NCBI GenBank assembly: GCA_976226885.1 | Contig: OZ320315.1 | Location: forward strand, 81,282,001-81,346,000 | Length of the DNA: 64,000 bases | Direction: 5' to 3' | DNA from: Iphione sp. A-MEVVRFRX5 | Lineage: Eukaryota | Shown here: one piece after another, positions 44,644 through 56,560 of the stretch | Layout: each line of letters begins with the position of its first letter | How positions within the stretch are numbered: position 1 is the first letter of the stretch | Made by a program: the position numbers and the translations under genes | The notes under the pieces: generated by a model | What the model saw: the letters and a program-made list of their open reading frames with translations, nothing else | Told to the model about the DNA's origin: nothing | Database searches by the model: none

Positions 44644-45078
44644 GTGGGTTAACATCTTCCTGGCTCGTCAATAATCAATGAGACCCGCTTCGTATTTGCT
44701 TTCATTCGGAAACATCTATGTGTTCAGACGCAATCAATTATGACAGTTACTGAGTACGGCTGGTAAAAGTAATAACTACATGCGGGGGGGGGAGAGACGG
44801 AGAGACTGAGAGAAAGACAGATAGGGGAGAAGGAGAAAAAGAAAACGAGAAACAGATACAATGTACGTGTACAGAAAGAGAGAGGAAGAGAGTGTCGAGC
44901 ATTTTTTTCCCACGACGTTTTCAAGTGTAATGGTAGTGGTGAGGAGGGGTGCTGCTCATTGGGGGTGGGGGGTGGGGTTCAATTAAGAGTTTGGGAGACT
45001 GGAATGGGAAGACGGCTATCGCCTGACTAACTGCGCGGCGGGTTGACACTGACATTTATGACGTCACTACACGAGCAG

Positions 45079-45232
45079 CTCAGGTCACACGACGTCGGTG
45101 GTGCTGGCGCACTACCATGGCAGGGTGCCGACCTTCGCCCTGTCCGCCAACATGAGGATGTGGATCAAGATGGCCCTGAGGGAGATCTACTTCATCGACC
45201 GGCCCGAACCCACGCGGGAATTTAAATACGAG
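45079..45232 (+). CDS. PACC1: PACC1-like exon 6 (...RMWIKMAL...REFKYE)
   Basis: Aligns with RTWVKMSL...EFRQE; donor gtgagt; acceptor weak. Confidence 0.82.
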
Positions 45233-46203
45233 GTGAGTGGAAGGTCGCTTCGAGCTGAAGTTCCATGTTTTTATTTCTTTGAGCGCCGTAGTTCCTGAAT
45301 CTCATTTAAAATTAGACCTTTGAAGCGATGAAAGCTATTCTGGGTTAATTTTGAACTAAGCATATACACCTTCATACTTCATGATAAAAATATCATCCAT
45401 AATTCATAGTGGGATCACTTGGTAATACACATTTGCGTTATTAAGTCGCGAGGTAGTAGGTGTCTCGTGCCCCACTCAATTTTGCAACCGCTCTTAGATC
45501 TTTTGCCAACCGGTATCGAAATAGCACAGCGCCTAACCGTGTCTGTATAAATTTTGGCACTTTTAGACGTTTCCTTATCATTTACATATATTTGATTTTC
45601 AAGTGGAAGCTTACCTCATACACACATGTCTAACATGGGCCGTTTTTGTTTAACATTAAAGAGGGGCCGCTATAGCCAACACCGATGTTATGCTGTCTAT
45701 AACAATATTGCAAGCACATTGCTGTGTGTATCAGATGATGTAAGAGAAGGAAGTACCACGAGAAATAACGATCACGTGATCACTCCAACAAGGCGACTGA
45801 CCATAAATGCATTAAGATCAAGTGCATGCCTTAATATGCACACATTATCGGATAGGTCCTTTTTTGTGACCGGTGGCATTAGCTTCCATCCTTCGCGTGT
45901 ATCCTTGAAATTCTTTGGTCCCCCCCCCCCTAAAAAGAAAATTGCAACAGGGTGTCTGAGACGGTGGGGTAAATAGTTCATACATAGCCACCGTCCTTGA
46001 GGCTCTGCCGTCTCATGTCAACATTCTTGCGATAAAAAGACGTTTTTCGTTTATTTGAAAATGACAAACGCAAAAAGATTTTCTCTGAAAGAAATGTGAG
46101 TTTGTACTCATTCGCTTAAAGTCGGGAGAGGTGGACCGAGGAAGCCCACATTCGGCCAACATGCAGCTTGTAACCTGGACTGATGCGTCTATCCTTCTGA
46201 CAG

Positions 46204-46345
46204 ATGAGTGTCGTGCAGTACCTAGGAGAAATGCCCAAGGCTGCCTATCCTTTCTTCATCTTCTTTGAGTGGAAGACGAACCTGATTGAAAGGTCCCATC
46301 AGATGTACGCGATGACGCCTTGGGGTCTTGCTGCAGCTTTACTTG
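46204..46345 (+). CDS. PACC1: PACC1-like exon 7 (SVVQY...FFIFFEWK...TPW..AALL)
   Basis: Aligns with SVVNY...FFVVFEWK...NPW..IALL; AG/GT boundaries. Confidence 0.9.
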
Positions 46346-46573
46346 GTAAGTTCATACACACAGAGGCGTCAGACACAGACCTCCCCGCAAGGTTAATATA
46401 AAAATAATGAAAAAAGGCCCGTCTTTGCACAAAGTAGTATATGTGTACGCGAAAAGACGTTACAGGTAAAGCAGAACTTTCTGTAAAACGTTACAGGAGA
46501 CAAATTTATGTATGCTATTGAGCACGTACATTGAACACACGTGAATAATGAATTTTCTTCTGTTCTGGTCAAG

Positions 46574-46752
46574 GTATGATCCTGGCACTTGGCAAGACAT
46601 GGTCAATGTTGGTTGGAGTACACTCACGCCTTCTCGGCGTAAGTCGGCAAGTTAAAAAGGTGCACGCTGCTCGGCGCAAAAACCGGACGCCGGCGCCTAC
46701 AGGAAGTAGCACGACGGAAGAGGAACGCTTGCCGATGACCGATGCCTTGTGA
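46574..46752 (+). CDS. PACC1: PACC1-like terminal exon (GMILALGK..., stop); spliced CDS 1053 nt = 350 aa
   Basis: Aligns with TM2 GAFLALFK followed by a basic tail; all eight exons join in frame. Confidence 0.8.
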
Positions 46753-49700
46753 GTGTTCACAGATAAGACAGATTGGCAGCGCTTCCGTTCGCAAGACTGT
46801 ACAGCAGACAGCATCCAGCGTGGCCGCTTAATTTAAGCCCACGGCAAAAATGTCTTCTAATGTATAGGTGGAGGTGGAGAAGGGGACGTTCTGAAGTGCA
46901 GGTGTTTTGAATTTTAAATGATCACTACCGGTCCGGTTGCCGAAAGCGCCAAATGAAAGGCAGACGACCTCTTGAAATGACACCGGTCACCCCCTTTTTT
47001 GGTTACGAAGCGAAATCAATGCAGGCACAGGAAGAAGCAAATTGCTCTGTATTTGTTTGTCGTAACTTGCGATCATTGTTTGAAATGTTAACAATTACGT
47101 TCAGAGAGTGCTTTGAAAGATCTCATTTAATGACATCTTTGGCCCTAAATACCTATTGTCATTTAATCTTAAAGTCAATTAGAGAAGTGTTTAACAGTTA
47201 TATACATGTACGTTCTCAATACGAAGAAGTAATATTCCTATTGGGCCGTGTACCCGATCGTCTTAATTGGTAGGGAGAACCGCAAATCATAGATATCATC
47301 ACATATGCACACACCAACGAGATTTATTATCACCGAGGTAGGTGCACCGCATTTGTCAGGATGACGCAATGGTGCACAGTATGAGTGATTCTGAACGGTT
47401 GGCAGGCGATCATGTATGCTTTGGAATATCTGCTATCGACATCTTCGGAACATTGATTTGACGTGATGTACATGTACTCTCCAGTGCTGATGGTAACATC
47501 ACAATGTCCCGACATTGGCATCACGGCTGATTAAATGATTTATATAAAATGCTCATGACTCTCAACAGTTGTTAATAATCAGGTATGCCAGGCAGGCCTT
47601 CTTCAAGCATTTTAGTTCCTTCTTTAAACCAAGTCTGTCATACAGAAAAATTACTTTATGGCTAGTGGGGTACCAGACAATCATGTGAAGATCTCTAGTG
47701 TAAGAGATAAATAAATGCATGGGCAAATATAGTGGGATCGAGCACTACCAGCCCAGAGTTGACAAACAAACGTCCGCATACATCGGCAGCAGCATTAGAG
47801 TCTTGACTGTTTCTACAGAATCCACGACCATATATTAGCTGGGTGTTATTTCCAATTAGAAGTCAGAAAGTAACCCAAACGTGGTGTCCTGCCCTTCGGG
47901 TTGAAAAAAGAGAAGCATCAGTCTGCCTAATTTGCAGCAGACAATAGGCAAACTATAAATGATTACCAATCTATCAGCTCCCTCTCCTTCAATACCAATT
48001 GGAGGAAATGTTTCATTCGCTGTAATTATCTGGAACGGGAATGTCGAAGGGGATCATACACAATAATCAAAATGCCAGAAGGTCTGTATACAAGGGATTC
48101 TCCTTTTCTATGGAGTACAGGAGGCAATGCGCTAAGGCTGTATATTGGCAAGCATAGTTGAAGATCCTTGTCAGCGAAATATTATACGTCGTATTACACA
48201 TTATTGAAGGTGAATCTGTGAAGTATTTCTAGATGACACATCTGACTACGACAGGAAATGTACGACACTCGATAGACTATCTATCATTTGTCCTAACAAT
48301 TTGTCAAACAGTGAGTATATGCAGGTAATTTGGATCATTGGACATTTGCATTGTTATGGCAGTTATATGGCTGAAGTCTTCAGAAACGCAACACTATAAA
48401 TTTCGTGAAGAGGTTGCTTATGAACTAGAGAACTGCGGGAAAAAGTGCTGAACTCAGCTGTATTGATTACTTTTATAGTAGAAGGTATAGGTATTTCTGT
48501 GTGTGAGAGATATTGTGCAGACGGTTCTGATGTGACATCAAGCACGTACTATCATATGTACGAGGGGATCTAGACTGGATCACACCCTTATATTTTAGCA
48601 AATCTTGATGCCAGTTATCGTTTTGCAAACCATGCAGAATGCACGGCATAATGAAGGCGGCATCGACGAAACATTTCGGCTCATAGTTACAGTTGGGCTA
48701 TGAACAAACCTCCGATATTCATGATTTGATTTTAGGCCTGATATGAGGAAATACAATGACATACTGCAGATTAGATATAGCATGAACTGTTAACCTCAAC
48801 TGAAATGGAGTAATTAATTTTGCAAGATTTAAATGGCCAGTCCGTGTTGTTCTATATAGTTTGTGTAAGCTTGTAGTGCAGCTGTCAGGACCTACTCCCT
48901 CTGTTTCCTGTTTGACTCCTTTGTATTTTATACTACGACTTCATTGACTTCGCAACCTGTCAACATGGTTAAAGGGTCCTTGTTGAGAAGCACATTTACA
49001 ACGAGCGTTTTTATCAACAGATGAACTGGCGGACTTAAAGACAGTGCGCCGTGTATTGAAGTAGCTTTTTTTTAAAAGAATGTTAGAGTTACATTTCTCA
49101 AGCCACCGGGCCATTACATATGGCTTTCTTAGTTTCTTCTCACAATCATCCTGTTTTTGTATTCTGCTTTGCACGTGACCGACACTCATGTTGCACACAT
49201 GAGTTGCTGTAAAACATGTGCTGAAACAAGACAATGAAAAAAAAATCCACAAAGGAGGCAATATATACGGTGTAAAAATGCAGAAAATGTAAAGAAAAGT
49301 CTCTAGAATAGGAGAATTATCAGTTCAACTGGGGAGCTATGATGTTCCTCCAACGTTCCCATAATTCTCTTCAATCCGTAACATAGTCTACCGGCAGGTA
49401 TAAAAAGAGTCATCATGGCCTGTTACCTATATACAGGCGGGTAAATAAAGCCCTTGGATGGATCCTTCACGTTAGACTGGTCGGGTTATGGGTGTCTCAC
49501 TGTAAGTCAGATGAAGTCCTAGGGGAGTAGATTAGTCATTTGCACAGTGCTAGTTGGACCATCAGCTTAGCTTTGTATCACTGAAAGTCCATATTGTCAC
49601 TTTTGAAAGTATATTGTGCCTTCTTTTGTTTGACTTATTCTTGCGTACCCTAAAGAAATACATCAGATTAAGTGATATCAACCTAAGGACGTACAATTAT

Positions 49701-52700
49701 GCGATACATATGATCTATTCATGTTCATTTGACAAGATCAAATGAATAAATTACAACTGACCTGATGGAACCTGTTGATGGAACCACTGCTATGAGGTTG
49801 GAAGATGTTAAGGGAACCTTGGATGAAAACAACTACGAAATCAAGGGAGAGTAATTTGGGAAAGATACATGAATTTGCCAACATGGAAGAAGAATAAATT
49901 GAAGAATATTAAAATGCTTTTGCTTTTATACATGGTATATATGTTACCGGTGTGAAGCATTAATGTCATTCAGATAGGTGAGGATGAGTTAATGAAATGT
50001 GAAGTCATAGATATTACTAGCTACTTAGTTGATCAGCACATAGTAGTTTGATGGTAGATAGATGGTATTTCAGGGTACACTGTCTCTATTATCTGGTTGT
50101 AGGCTGATCAGCTGTTGGTATTAAGGGTTTTGTTACATTCAGATGTCTTCTTGTTGGCACTGGGTAGGATAAGGAGTTGATTATTCATTGTTGAGATAAT
50201 CGGGTTGGTATAGAGGGTTGTTATAATTAGCACACGACTACATGTGGCTCATGTGTTATAGTTGCTAGGAAGGCCAGGGTGCAACCACAAAGCAGACTGG
50301 GTCTAGCAACTGTTAGACAGAAATGGTATGTGTTAGCTTTGGGGAGATTCATTCATGCAGTAATTACATTATAGAGGGAATTTCAAGGAAGGAATGTTTC
50401 ATAGCTGTAGCACTGTTAAGGATGTGTTAATCAAGGCATACATGGTTTGATGGGCCAGTGTGTGACCATACAGCAGGCTCATTCCCGTGTTTCCTTAGGG
50501 TCTGTTAATCATACCTTTGCTTATGCGCAGGTACTCTTTTGGGCACAATGGTTGAAGTATGTTATGAAGTATGGGAGGTTCTGGAATATTTTTCTAGACA
50601 GTTTGCAACTGCACAGCTGATCTGGATGATGGGAACTTGATGAAGCAGGAAGAATTAGTTTGGTGAACCAGGTGCTACCACACAGTATGCTAGGTCCCAA
50701 TTCTAACAGAAGAACTAGGTTTCATGTATGCAGAGAGAAGCAATTGGTGGCATACAATGAGTTTGACAACATTTTAGCTCGCCTGTGTGCAACTACACAG
50801 CAGGTTATGGTTATATTGTTAATCATTATCGTGTTGCATTCCCACAGCAGAATTTACATTAGTTATGATTGAGTGATTGTCTGGTAGTGGCACAAACAGG
50901 AATACAGTGCAGGTATGATGCATATGGTGCTGCAGTTTGTAATGACACTTCATAGAAGTATTGCACTTGCCACCTATGTTTGACCTACGTTTACGGTGAC
51001 ATACGTATATGAATTCGCGTTCAGGGGTTCTTTGAGCCATTTTGTGTGAGGTATCTCTATGGATAACCATAAATGTTAAAATAAGAGCTGGAAACATAAG
51101 TACTTCCACATGAATTATTTGTTCTGAACGTTTCTGGTGTTCATAGATTAAATCAAAAGCGGGATATTACCAGGCAACCCATGTAGCATGTTATTTTCCT
51201 TTGGAGATTTTCATGCGTGTTAGACATAAACATGAACTGCTTATTACCTGTAGTAGGTTTCCTCAATTTTATGAACTTGATGGATATTAAAGAGAGTTCC
51301 TATTCGTCTTAAGTATATGTACATCAAAAAGAAAGTCTCTGTACGTCTTCTGAGGCACACCCACAAAGTGAACGATATGATAATTTGAGCAACATGACCA
51401 AAACAGATCAGGACCCCGTCGTTCGATATCACTACACAAGGCTTTAAAATATCGATGATTAACGAAGCACCGCGTCACATTCCCTGATAAAATATATTCT
51501 CGCGGGACAAGGCGAGAACTGAGCCATCTAAACTTCCAAGGGATGCCGCGAGTGATACGTCATCAAGTGTTATGGAGTACATAAGAACTGGCTTGCCGTT
51601 GGTAATGGATAACTCTAACATGGGCTGAGGTCGTTAGTTGTCATGTGTGCTGGGTGGGGATGTATAGTCGGCATTTATTCCCACTGAAAAAAAAACTATA
51701 GACCACCATCGGGGTTCCTGCCGTAGTTGCCAGCATGTATATATAAATACTCTACCTGTGCGTGACATTTACTATTCCGAGATTTTTAGGCTTTAGGAGA
51801 CCATGCCGTCTGAGTTTGATATTCTGTACCTGTCGACATGTTCAGCTGTTCTATCATTCCCGTTTACGTGCATTAAGTATGGAAGTGAAGTACCTCATAT
51901 CACGTCATCTGTTCATTGTCGTAAGACGGCATGCAATTGGAGGAAATGGTAACGTTTTATCGTGTATTCCTTGAGTGAAAAAAGAAAGATAAGTGTAGAG
52001 AGATAAATGATCGGGAATGATATACTAGATTGTTGCCCCTTGTTTTGCTGTGACAACCTGGGTGGCTTGCCTTAATTTCCATGTATGCCTGTGGCATGTA
52101 GCATATATTTGACACCATGGTGCTGTGAAAAGTCCTGACCATGCATGTCGCTGTGCTCTCGTGTTTGCATGTGGAGTGTTCGTCATGTATCATCCTAGTG
52201 AATTACCATAGTTTCTATTGAACTCCCATTCATGACCATGAAAACATGCTACATTCAGGCATGCTACACAGTTAATGCTACATATATACATACAAGCAGT
52301 CTAGTAGATAACTTCATTTTCCCACCATGAATTCCCACAGCTGTAAAACTCTGCATTCATGGAAATGAAGCCTTATAATAGTCATATCCATGCATGCATG
52401 CAGCATACTTTCACAACTGGAATACTGTGAAATGTTGATGCCGTGGTCACCATATGTATGGTAATAAGATGGAAACAGCATGGAGCCTTGTACCACCCCA
52501 GTAAATAACCATAGTTTCCATTGAAAATGTTTACACATACATGGAAACAGTTGAGTAGATACCATAGTTCCCCCAAAAGACATGCTAAAAACATGTTGCT
52601 GTGGTTGTGAAAAGATACCTTCGTGGATATTAAGCCTGACATTCTCTGCCTCGTCCTCAATAATATGGAAAAATAAAATAGTGTTGTTTTACCATTTCGA

Positions 52701-52989
52701 AATAATTCGTTTTCCATTTCATGAAATTAAAGAAATAGAAGTACAGCGACCATGTGTCACCTTTCCTCTTGTAAGCAATTTCTTCTCTAGCTGTTCGACA
52801 TAATTGAAGAGAGGTACCAGAGGCGTCTGGTCATTTGAAATCCAGTGAACACGTGGATGTCTTTGAGTAGGAAGACGTCTTCTTAAATTAGATTTCTACA
52901 AAATATCGGATTTACGTACAATGGCAGCTTTCCATAGGTGATCGCCTGAAGCAGAGGGTCATTATGTAAATGCAACCATTAGGCGTTCG

Positions 52990-54122
52990 CTCCATATCAA
53001 CTCTTCGATAAGCCTGGAAAACGGCAGGAAAGTGCCCGCGGCTCATGAAGGGATAAGGCCACTTCTTCATTCGCCATGCATTGCCTGGCCCGCTGTAGTC
53101 TGGATATAATTACACCAGAATTTGGCTCAAGTTTCTCATCAAAGTTCAACCTGAAGCCATTCCTCGGGGAACTGAAGGGTGATGGCGTGTTTTGCCTCTC
53201 ATCACCAACGCTTCCTTCTGTTATTTCGAAACCGGCAGGAGGCAAATATGATGCAGTCGGGTTTATTTTTGGTGTCACATGTTAAAAGGGAACCTGTGCG
53301 TTGTACGAAGGATATTTTCTCATGGAGCGGGTGGCGAATGAAAAGATCGACAAACTTTTGAGTAAACAGATTTTTGTCTTGAATAGGAATGTGATCTTTG
53401 TTGAAGTCAACAGCTCGTGTACAATTCCTGACTCCTACAGAAATTGTTAGAATGTGATGTATGACGATGCAGAACAAATATACAGAGAATTTTTAAAGAT
53501 TAATTCCTGCCCTGCATAAATTAGTTTTTTTCCGCTAGAAATTTGATGCCCGATATTATAGATATATATAATGATCCTCAGCCATTTAAAAGGGGAATAT
53601 TCTAGCATAAATTCCTCAAAAGGCGGAAAGACGTAATATAATATTCATCCTGAAAATGACAACAATGGTCAATATGGTATCAATACGTTTTTGTTGCAAA
53701 TAATTTCATTCATTTTGCATTTCATCAATTTGATTAAGGCTCAAAGCCAGTGTGGATGATTGAGAGGAAAGAATTGCACTTGTAGCACCTATGATGAAGG
53801 TCTCATATTCCACGACATCAAAGCTACAGTGAATATGAAGGGGTCTTGCTGTTGTGTTGTGGATAGTAAAGGCTGTGTTGACTGGGGCAAGAAACACCAC
53901 GGGAAGAACGCATCTAAGGATGAAAGTCTCAAAATATCAAAGTCCGATGAAGAAAGAATACGTTTCTTCTATTTTTAAACTACAGTGTACCATCAATTGA
54001 TGCACTGGATTACTTTATACGCAGAGAGACGAGACTACCAGGCCTTGATGTGGTACCTTCGTGACTTTTGAACCTTTGTGAAGTATGGCAAAAAGAACTT
54101 TCTTGATGGCTACGCTTTTTAA
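52990..54122 (+). pseudogene. Unidentified decayed coding region (scattered stops and frameshifts)
   Basis: Long protein-like stretches broken by single in-frame stops, e.g. SDEERIRFFYF*TTVYHQLMHWITLYAERRDYQALMWYLRDF*TFVKYGKK. No family recognised. Confidence 0.35.
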
Positions 54123-54269
54123 AAACATTTTTGCATTTAGATTCTGTCACACTAGATCCAAGTTTGCATTCCGGTGAATGCTTCAGGTACCCAGTTAAAT
54201 GTGAAAATCACACAATGACTCATAGCCTCTCCAATGTCTACCCTTCTTACAGGATACATTTATGAATTA

Positions 54270-54909
54270 CAGTAGGACTTCCCCTTGTGGACACCTCTGG
54301 GATAAGGACACCTCCCAAATGTGGACGATTTGGAGAAGAACTAAAATGTTTCCTATAGTTAAGCATTGTAAGAGGACCTCCCTAATCAGGACACCCATTT
54401 TAGAAGAGCTTCTCCCTGTGGACACCCTCAAAGGGTACAGCTTCACACCTCTGTACATGTTTTTGTGTGAATTCGCACCTTGAAATGTGAATTCACACCT
54501 TGAAATCAGTCTAAACCCACCTATTCGCAGTTTAAACCCCCCCAATTTGTGGTCTAAACCTGCCAATTAGCGGTCTATACCTGCCAGGGGTGTCAACAGC
54601 AACCTCTCTGGTGTCTCTCACACCTTGAAATCAGCACTTTTTTTAACCTTATGAATTTTGAGGTACAAGAAATAATTGCATTTGTATTTAAATTATTCCA
54701 CTTGTATGTATTTGTTCTAATTTTTTGTGATATTCCATTATTTTCCATTATTTAACTGTGTAATGAATAACAAAGACACATATATGTATATTAAAGTCTG
54801 TTGTTATTTCATTTCCTATACTACTGACTGCTTCTCCAATCAGGACACCTCTACAATGTGGACAAATTGAGGAAGAACCCAGGGTGTCCTGATTAGAGAG
54901 GTCACACTG
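54270..54909. mobile_element. Degenerate non-autonomous Tc1/mariner (pogo/Tigger-like) MITE
   Basis: TA|CAGT ... ACTG|TA ends; imperfect TIRs (cagtaggacttccccttgtggacacc vs reverse complement cagtgtgacctctctaatcaggacacc); repeated internal GGACACC motifs. Confidence 0.65.
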
Positions 54910-55829
54910 TATACGTTAACCGATTCATACCTTTAATGTAGGTAACAGTAATTTGACAGTTTGACTTGTCTAACTAACATACGGTACGTCGCACCTTGGT
55001 TCCAGTTCCAATGGTGGCTGCTGTCGTCATTGCATTGGGTGAGGATTCAGAGACAGGCACCTAACTGTTTTGGTTCAAGTAAAACTATTTAGTCATTAAA
55101 ACTTGTAATTTGTAATAATTCTGTTGATATCAATTAATTTCTACTGACATAATTAAAAATGCAAACTGAAATATTATAATGTACAGCATGAACTATAAAT
55201 TGTTGAACTTAGTGGACCTGATTTGCACATCGTGGGTGCAGTAGAACCATCTCAGTCCCCCTAATTTATGGGCCAGCAGTAACAGTGTTAAGAAAAGGTC
55301 TGGGTTCAGGAGAGTCAGAGGTTAGGTCATGGAGGTTATTAATGATGGGTTTCAGGATATACTGACCTATAATGTAGCATAAAGTAGAGGTTTTTTTTGA
55401 CGCAGTTAGGGTAAGAACTGAACACTTCTATTCATTTTTACATGGCGAAAACATTTCTTCAAGTGGGGACATTTTCAAATGGCAGTCAGAAAACCGAGAC
55501 TAAGGGCATGAATAGGATAGGGATACGAATGAGATCCATTTTTAAACTTTCTTTCCACTGCGTATTTACATACAGTCTAGTACATGTATAGTTGCCCAGT
55601 ATATTGCGTTTCCTCTCTTCTTATAATAGTGTGTACGATTAATTAAAATATTGAATGAAGTTAATGCAAAATATATACTTGAGTATAAATAAAATGCATA
55701 ATCTTCGAATCAAGGGTTTGGATTGGATACTAACACCTGACAAAAATAGCCATTTCAATTAAGGTGAACTTGTGATAATATCACATTTGGAAAGCAGGTA
55801 TAGTCCATTACCACTGAGGTTTTTCAAAA

Positions 55830-56560
55830 ATAATAATGATAAATAAATTTTATTATTCCAAGTATCGTCCTATCGGACGTTTTTTGTAATGTGAAACAAT
55901 CTTACAAGGAAATGCCTGATAAGTAAATGGCATGACCAGGTGATAGATGGGTGATGAGATGTGATGGAATATACACAAATATAGTGTTTACAATTGATAA
56001 ACGAGTCAGTATATGCAGTTCTTACATAATACAATCCACAAATTTTCGTTTAGTAATTTTTTTCTGACAAGTTAAGAGATATAATGCTCATACATGTGGT
56101 AAACTCCTTTTGGTCTACAATATTTCTGAACATGGGATCGAGCTTGTTCCATGTTCAGCCCATACATATGTCACACTTTTTCTATATATACATGTATCTA
56201 GTTTGGGCATTGCCTGGTAGATAATTGGTCCATCTGCTGATCTAGTGACTGTCTCTGCCTTCAGAGGCAGTAGATTAATTTTGACAGCTCTGTGCATAGT
56301 ATTTAGAATAATTTGTTGTCTTCTGGCAAAAGTACTTGCAATTCTAAATTGATGGTGCAGATCTTTGGTACATATATCTCATGTTCTCAGTACCTTCTTA
56401 CTTTGCATTCTCAGAGCTCTATTTTGCATCATTTGGATTCTGTCTAATGCTCTACTGGAACATGTTGTCAAGAAGATTGTGCTATAGTCTAACAACGGTT
56501 GTATAGTGACTTTATAGATCATTAATGCAATATCCGCTGATATACATCCTTTAATTTTAT
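55830..56560 (-). pseudogene. 5'-truncated, decayed CR1/L2-group LINE (ORF2 C-terminus + 3' UTR)
   Basis: Minus frame 56558-56115 reads KIKGCISADIALMIYKVTIQPLLDY...LDRIQMMQNRALR...*...TRS...YRKSVTY with one internal TGA (56381-56379); AATAAA and AT-rich tail near 55830-55860. Confidence 0.75.

Noticed and set aside
49740-50900. G/T-skewed, CpG-poor block
   Set aside because: Possibly an old repeat, but no ORF, terminal repeat or periodicity could be established.
52060-52600. CATG-dense segment
   Set aside because: No clear unit length or terminal inverted repeats found by eye.
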